A stretch of DNA of 55,442 bases, filler included, from Catajapyx aquilonaris (taxonomy: Eukaryota), in NCBI GenBank assembly GCA_000934665.2. It is 2 parts of 2 records of this genome, joined end to end, with 100 filler letters (N's around TTAATTAATTAA, not from the genome) between each part and the next. Parts side by side here need not be neighbours in the genome. Positions count along the whole stretch, not along the records: positions 27,770 to 55,442 come from JYFJ02005020.1; 1 more part is not named here. The stretch is one strand, 5' to 3'. Shown here in pieces: positions 50,160 through 55,442 of the stretch (the stretch's first letter is position 1; every line of letters starts with the position of its first letter). The position numbers and the translations under genes are program-made. Below the pieces are notes generated by a model, which ran no database searches, was not told the origin of the DNA, and was given only the letters and a program-made list of their open reading frames with translations.

Positions 50160-51021
50160 TGAGGTGTGATCCAAAATTTTCCGGTCTGCTGCTGCCACCA
50201 GGTGAAAAACTCATTTTCAGACTAGTTGTCTCCATCACCCTCAAAGTAGTCACCTTGGGCTCGTATACATCAATCCCAGCGAATTTCCCATTTTTGGAAG
50301 CACCCAAAAAAATTGGCCAACTGGAGCGTGTTCAGCACCTGCTGCGATTTTGTGTAGATCTCTTTAGTGGAGTCAAAATGCCTCCTTTTCAACCCAAATT
50401 TCATTTTAGGGAAGAGACAGAAATCACATTGGCCCACGACAAACGAATAGGCAGGGTGGGGGACCGTGGTCATGTTGTTTTTTGTCAGGAAGTCCCTGAC
50501 TACGCGTGAGGTGTGTGGAGGCGCATTGTCATGGTGCAACAATCAGCCTCTGTTCTTCTACATCTCCGGTCATTTCAGCCTAAATCGTCTCAAATCATCG
50601 CAGTAAGACTTCCTGTTGACAATTTCACCACGTGATCTGCATTGAGTTTATTTTACTGCAAACTGGGTCTGCCATCTTTAGAGCACTTAAACTACTCGTA
50701 TGTTATTGCTTCGTTTACAGCTTGCTCATCAAAAGCCTTGGTCAGCATTTGGTGGGCTGCAGCCGAAGTTTCTTTGAGCTTGAAGCAAAATTTGATGCAA
50801 ATCCTTTGCTCCTTAACATCAGCCATTTCCAAAAATCGCAGAACACAAGAACACAGTGTTAAGAAAACTGACGAAACTCAGAAACATGTGCACCTATGAA
50901 GATTATATTTTTCAGACTAATAGCTGAAAGGTGCATCTAGCGCTCCTTAGTGCCACAAGTTCGTACCTCTACTGGTTTGCACGGTATATCCAAAGTCCGG
51001 AAAATTTTGGATCACACCTCG
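50160..51021 (-). mobile_element. Internally deleted mariner (862 bp)
   Basis: TIR GAGGTGTGATCCAAAATTTTCCGG both ends, TA TSD; ORF LHHDNAPPH...VPHPAYS...CDFCLFPKMK. Confidence 0.88.
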
Positions 51022-51303
51022 TATGCTCGTTTCCCTGCGCATCCGAGAATTCGCCCTTACTGCCATGTGCAGATGCAACTTTTTTCTAAATGACATTCAG
51101 TATTGTAATCACTGCACTCAGTGCACTGGTTGCAAATTCTGTGGCTTTTTGTTTCTGTATTATTTTGTGTTCAGACACTCATTGATTGACTACATGTTGG
51201 CTGTGCCAGTTTAGTATTGTGGGAAACATGCCACATTAATTAATTAAATTAATTTGCTTTTTTACCAAAGCTATATACAGTGAGTTTTCTGCTACGGTGT
51301 ATA

Positions 51304-51674
51304 CAGGTAGTCCCCAGTTTACGAACGACCTGACTTATGGCTATCTGTACTTACGAATGAACTCCCACCCCAGAAGGATAATTTATAATTATACCTCCAC
51401 TTTCAATCACTTCGGCGTATGCTGACCGACACCAAGTTCGATATAAATACTGTATAAACTATCATCCAGAGCTAATAACTAGCTCTTGCTATAATTAATT
51501 AATGATTGGGAAACTACATTCTTCCATGCAGACCCACATGACATAATCTGTTTGTTGGAGCAGCATCTTTGCGCTGTATGTATGCCCTGTTCCTCAGGGA
51601 TCCTAGTTATGTACAAATCTGATTTATGGACATTTTCAGGAACGTAACCTCGTTCGTAGACCGGGGACTACCTG
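51304..51674. mobile_element. Tigger-like MITE
   Basis: CAGGTAGTCCCCAGTTTACGAACG / CGTTCGTAGACCGGGGACTACCTG. Confidence 0.75.
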
Positions 51675-51796
51675 TGTTTGCATTTTACAGTTAGTAACAC
51701 ATGTATTTCCAAGCATATCTTCTTATTTTTTAACATCTAAAGAAAAATATGCCAGGTTGCAATGTAGGACCACATTAAAGTTCTTTCCACATGCAG

Positions 51797-51949
51797 GTCA
51801 GTTGTGTGGACAGCAGACACTCCATCCGCACGCAGCTGCCTGTCAAGCTTCGCCATCACATGTGGTACTACATCCTGGACATGAAGGGTACCTTCACTAA
51901 CACCAAACTCTTTGATCAGACAGTTGGCATAAAGCGCACTTGGAAATAA
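51797..51949 (+). CDS. TMEM223: TMEM223 last exon
   Basis: VSCVDSRHSIRTQLPVKLRHHMWYYILDMKGTFTNTKLFDQTVGIKRTWK*; acceptor TTCCACATGCAG|, phase 0. Confidence 0.9.
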   Translation, partial: VSCVDSRHSIRTQLPVKLRHHMWYYILDMKGTFTNTKLFDQTVGIKRTWK

Positions 51950-51972
51950 CAATGTTGTATCACAGTGAAAGC

Positions 51973-51983
51973 AATAAAATAAA
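51973..51983 (+). terminator. Overlapping AATAAA polyadenylation signals of TMEM223
   Basis: AATAAAATAAA 23 bp after the stop codon. Confidence 0.6.
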
Positions 51984-52135
51984 CTGCACAGTAACACTGG
52001 AACTAGACACATCACTCTTGCCATCTCAAGGTCACCTAATGGTGTGACAGCACACACTATCTAGGGATTATCAGGAGGGTCAACAAGAGAGCATTTTGGA
52101 GGGGTTTTGAGCTTCCATCTCTTCAGTCTAGCATA

Positions 52136-52259
52136 ATGGAATCCACAGGAGGGACACATTTAAAAGTTGCTGTTGTTGGCGGTGGTCTGGTGGGATCTTT
52201 AATGTCATGCATTTTAGCAAAGCGAGGTCATAATGTTCACCTTTATGAGTACCGGAAAG
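52136..52259 (+). CDS. KMO: Kynurenine 3-monooxygenase (cinnabar), coding exon 1
   Basis: [41 protein letters not shown] (FAD-binding GxGxxG, KMO-type YEYR); donor AAG|GTAAGT phase 1. Confidence 0.92.
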
Positions 52260-54063
52260 GTAAGTTGCATCCTCAATATGAATGGTAGTACTATTGTTAA
52301 AGTCTTACATTTCCAAACCTTTTCCAAGGCTGATATTATTGTCATATAAAGAACTAGTACAGTATTTGTTTATTTTAGTGTATTATGGGTTATTAGGCAG
52401 TAGCTTACAAACATGGCACAATTTTATTGTCAGGCAATCACTCCATACATTGCTGTGTGAATAGAAGTTAATAAATTCAAGGTCACTTCCAAACTTCTTT
52501 TGTGTACTAAAGGGAAAGTGGGTGACAAAGAATTCAACTTCCATAAGTACTCATTTTGCATACTAGCAGATACTAGTAGTTGGTTCAAGCTAACTGGAAG
52601 TCTGCATGACTTGCTGAGTTTTTCCAGACCTCCTGTCCATATCTGGGCTGCTAGAAGGGCTGGAAAACCCAGAAAGCTGCACATACTTACAGGACAAGAT
52701 AACCTAAGGGTTTTATAATTAGCCCCGCCCCCTGCTGAGTTACCAACTGCATTAGTGTAAACAAACTCATATAATTCTTGAGGTTTTAGAACATAACGGC
52801 TAACGCCCATCTCCTTTGAAAATAAGTGTATAATTCTCAAAGGTTGCCTGCCCCACATGTAAACAGAGGGGATGAATGGGGGCGCCAATCACGGACCTCT
52901 CCTGTTAGTTGTGTCCTGTAATTGTTGTGAGCAGTTGTTAGGCAACTGTTAGAATGTTTGAGTCCTGATTCTGTTCTTTAATAATTATGTTAGTTCATCA
53001 CTACAAGACCTTCATTATCTGCCCTCATTGGAACAATTGACATAAAAATGGGATAAAAATTGCCAAACAAATGCCTTAATTGTTGGATGATGGCATCTCC
53101 ATGGAAACTTGAAAAGTGGGAGGTTCCAGAGGTGTGTTCGGTATATTTACGTTGACTAGGAATTGGTAACAAAACGATGACGTCATTTGGAAGTTATCAT
53201 GGGCTGCCTATGTATAGGGGTCTTGCACTTGTCCCTTTCCCGCGCCCGCCCGACCCCTGTACGCGCGGCCACAATTCGGATGCTTCTGTCGCTCATATCT
53301 CGGAAACGGCTGAACACTGCCATTTAGTACTTTCACCAATGTGTTTATGGCACATTATTGAGCCATCATGCAAGTTTCAGCCAAATTGGAGGCAAGCCAG
53401 TAATGTGTGTGATAAAATTACACAGTGTTCTATTACAATAAATTTTTTGAACGTATTTAAAAGTATCACCGTCTATTCCCGCCAGAAAGGCGCTGGGTCC
53501 TTTTCTATTAAACCATTAAACTTACTAAAACAATGCTTTTAATATTTATAGTGTAATAGAGCATATTGTAATCTTATCACGCACATTTCTGGCTTGCCGT
53601 CGATACATTCGCGAAGTAATTCGGATTATAAACAGCCGAGATAACAGTGGTGTGCAATTAACTTAATTATAATTACAGAAATGGCGATCTCAATGTTTCA
53701 AATATATCATTAGATAGACAAAGATGTGCACTGTCCAGGGTTCACGGAGGGATTTTTTTGGCCTCCTGAAAGTGTCAAAAAATTCACTTTGCAGTGTAAC
53801 GTCGGCAATTAGTCAAAAAATGGCACTTTTCCGCCTTCTTTTTACGATAAAAAATGAGAGACTGACGATAGGAAAACAACTCGCATATATGTAAGCTTTC
53901 TAACGATACATATACCATTATTTTTTGGGATAATTTGCCTGGGAGTTGTTTAGAGTCAAACACAGTGCTCTATATTAAATAAACGGATAGTAGCCCTTAC
54001 TTGTTACTAGGAAATTACTATTTACTGGTGATAATATTGCTAAGAATCACCATAACTTCTCAG

Positions 54064-54263
54064 ACATCAGACAAATGGAGCATGTCCAGGGTCGCAGTAT
54101 CAACTTGGCCCTGTCTCATCGAGGAAGAAAGGCATTGCGGTTGGTCAGCTCAGAGCTGGAGGACTTGATTATCCATAATCATGCCATTCCTATGAGGGGA
54201 AGGATGATACATGACAAATCAGGAACCACTACTGCAATACCTTATGGTGTCACTTCTGACCAG
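54064..54263 (+). CDS. KMO: KMO coding exon 2 (gene continues beyond the window)
   Basis: (D)IRQMEHVQGRSINLALSHRGRKAL...AIPMRGRMIHD...IPYG; GRSINLALS is characteristic of KMO; acceptor TTCTCAG|, donor CAG|GTGACT. Confidence 0.93.
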
Positions 54264-54897
54264 GTGACTGGCATTTACAACTCTCTTATCTCTGCATGCC
54301 TTCTGGAATGAATATCACATATGACGATCTTATCTTCAATAGCTGACCTTATAATTTATCTAATTATCTTATACTGTATACTGCATATACTGGTTTTAAA
54401 AAGTATGATGTTATACAGTATGTACCATAATTATGTTGTCACTGAATAACGAACTACATTTTAAATGATAAACTCAGGGCAAATTGTTGCATAATAGACT
54501 CTTTTAAAAGACTGTCTGGACGAGTTCACATACAGTATCTGAGTCTGTCATGCAGTGAGCATATGCAGCTATCAAGAATTCTACAATGAGAAAATTCAAT
54601 ACCAGCTACTCATTATCTCATGAAAAAATAATATGAGTTCTGTTAATAGTGAAATAAATTCCGACACTTTGATATCACAATATTTGACAAATAAAGTTAA
54701 TAAAATATCCTCCGTTTTTATATCAATCGAGACTTGCAATAGAGATATCAAGGCTGCCCATAACCTGCTTCAGAAGCTGTCAAATCATATAAGGAGTGTA
54801 TTGTTAATTTATTGTTTATTGTATATCTGTGACAGAGCCTATGCCTCTTTGTCTCCATTAATATAGGCCTACCTGACATGATTTTAAAATATATATA

Positions 54898-55442
54898 TTA
54901 GGGGGCACGGCAGTGCCCCCGCCAAGTTCTCGCCGCACTGCCGGACCTCCTTTACCCGACACAACTCACGTCATTTTGACCCCCTCCAATCTTCGCACTG
55001 GTGAACATACGTGGCTTCAAATTTTTTATTTCGGTAGATAAAAATCGGTTAAAAATAATGCCCCCTTACTTCCATGTTCATATCTCTTTTCATTTCCGAC
55101 TTACAAAATCCTAAAAACTCCCAAAACGGCCAAAATATGACATCACTGAACTGACTCACTGACTGACTGATCATCAAAATTATACGGCACTTCCAGTGGT
55201 CCTAGGATGCTGAAATTTGGTATGCTGGTAGATCTTGTCAAACAAACACCAGAATAAATCTGAAAACGGCACTTTTTTGAGTCTAAATGCTCAAAAAAAA
55301 TTATTTTCACAAAGTCTGCTGCTGCTGACCAGATGCGGCATTTTTAACACGGATGACTTTTTGCTTTGAATTTCCAGTTATGCTGGTGCTCCTCCTGTTT
55401 TCCCCACGTTCTCATCTCCTCACCCCCTCCCTTCCCCCCCCC
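54898..55442 (+). mobile_element. Possible non-autonomous Helitron/Helentron-like repeat
   Basis: Terminal stem-loop GGGGGCAC-GGCA-GTGCCCCC, internal (GACT)n run and CTGAAATTTGGTATG core. Confidence 0.4.

Overview
Eukaryotic, AT-rich insect genomic DNA. It has intron-split genes, a cinnabar-type KMO, and dense DNA-transposon and SINE content. Five protein-coding genes can be read by exon/splice-phase analysis. (1) First coding exon of a myosin phosphatase targeting subunit (Mbs/MYPT1), minus strand, running off the left end. (2) Four in-phase exons of a strongly diverged FBXW7/archipelago-like gene, plus strand, ending just at the F-box boundary. (3) Four exons of PEX19, minus strand, with the C-terminal exons not seen. 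(4) TMEM223, plus strand, head-to-head with PEX19. (5) The first two exons of kynurenine 3-monooxygenase (cinnabar), starting only 186 bp after the TMEM223 stop, behind an in-frame splice acceptor. A 100-bp artificial gap linker (N44-TTAATTAATTAA-N44) at 27670-27769 separates the FBXW7-like and PEX19 halves. Introns are packed with palindromic non-autonomous transposons (hAT-, mariner-, pogo-, piggyBac- and Harbinger-like), several of them nested, plus two tRNA-derived SINEs. Most interesting: the TMEM223-KMO coupled or alternative-last-exon architecture, the diverged FBXW7 D-domain paralog, tail-to-tail mariner palindromes, and two back-to-back near-perfect intronic hairpins. All family calls are by eye, without database searches.
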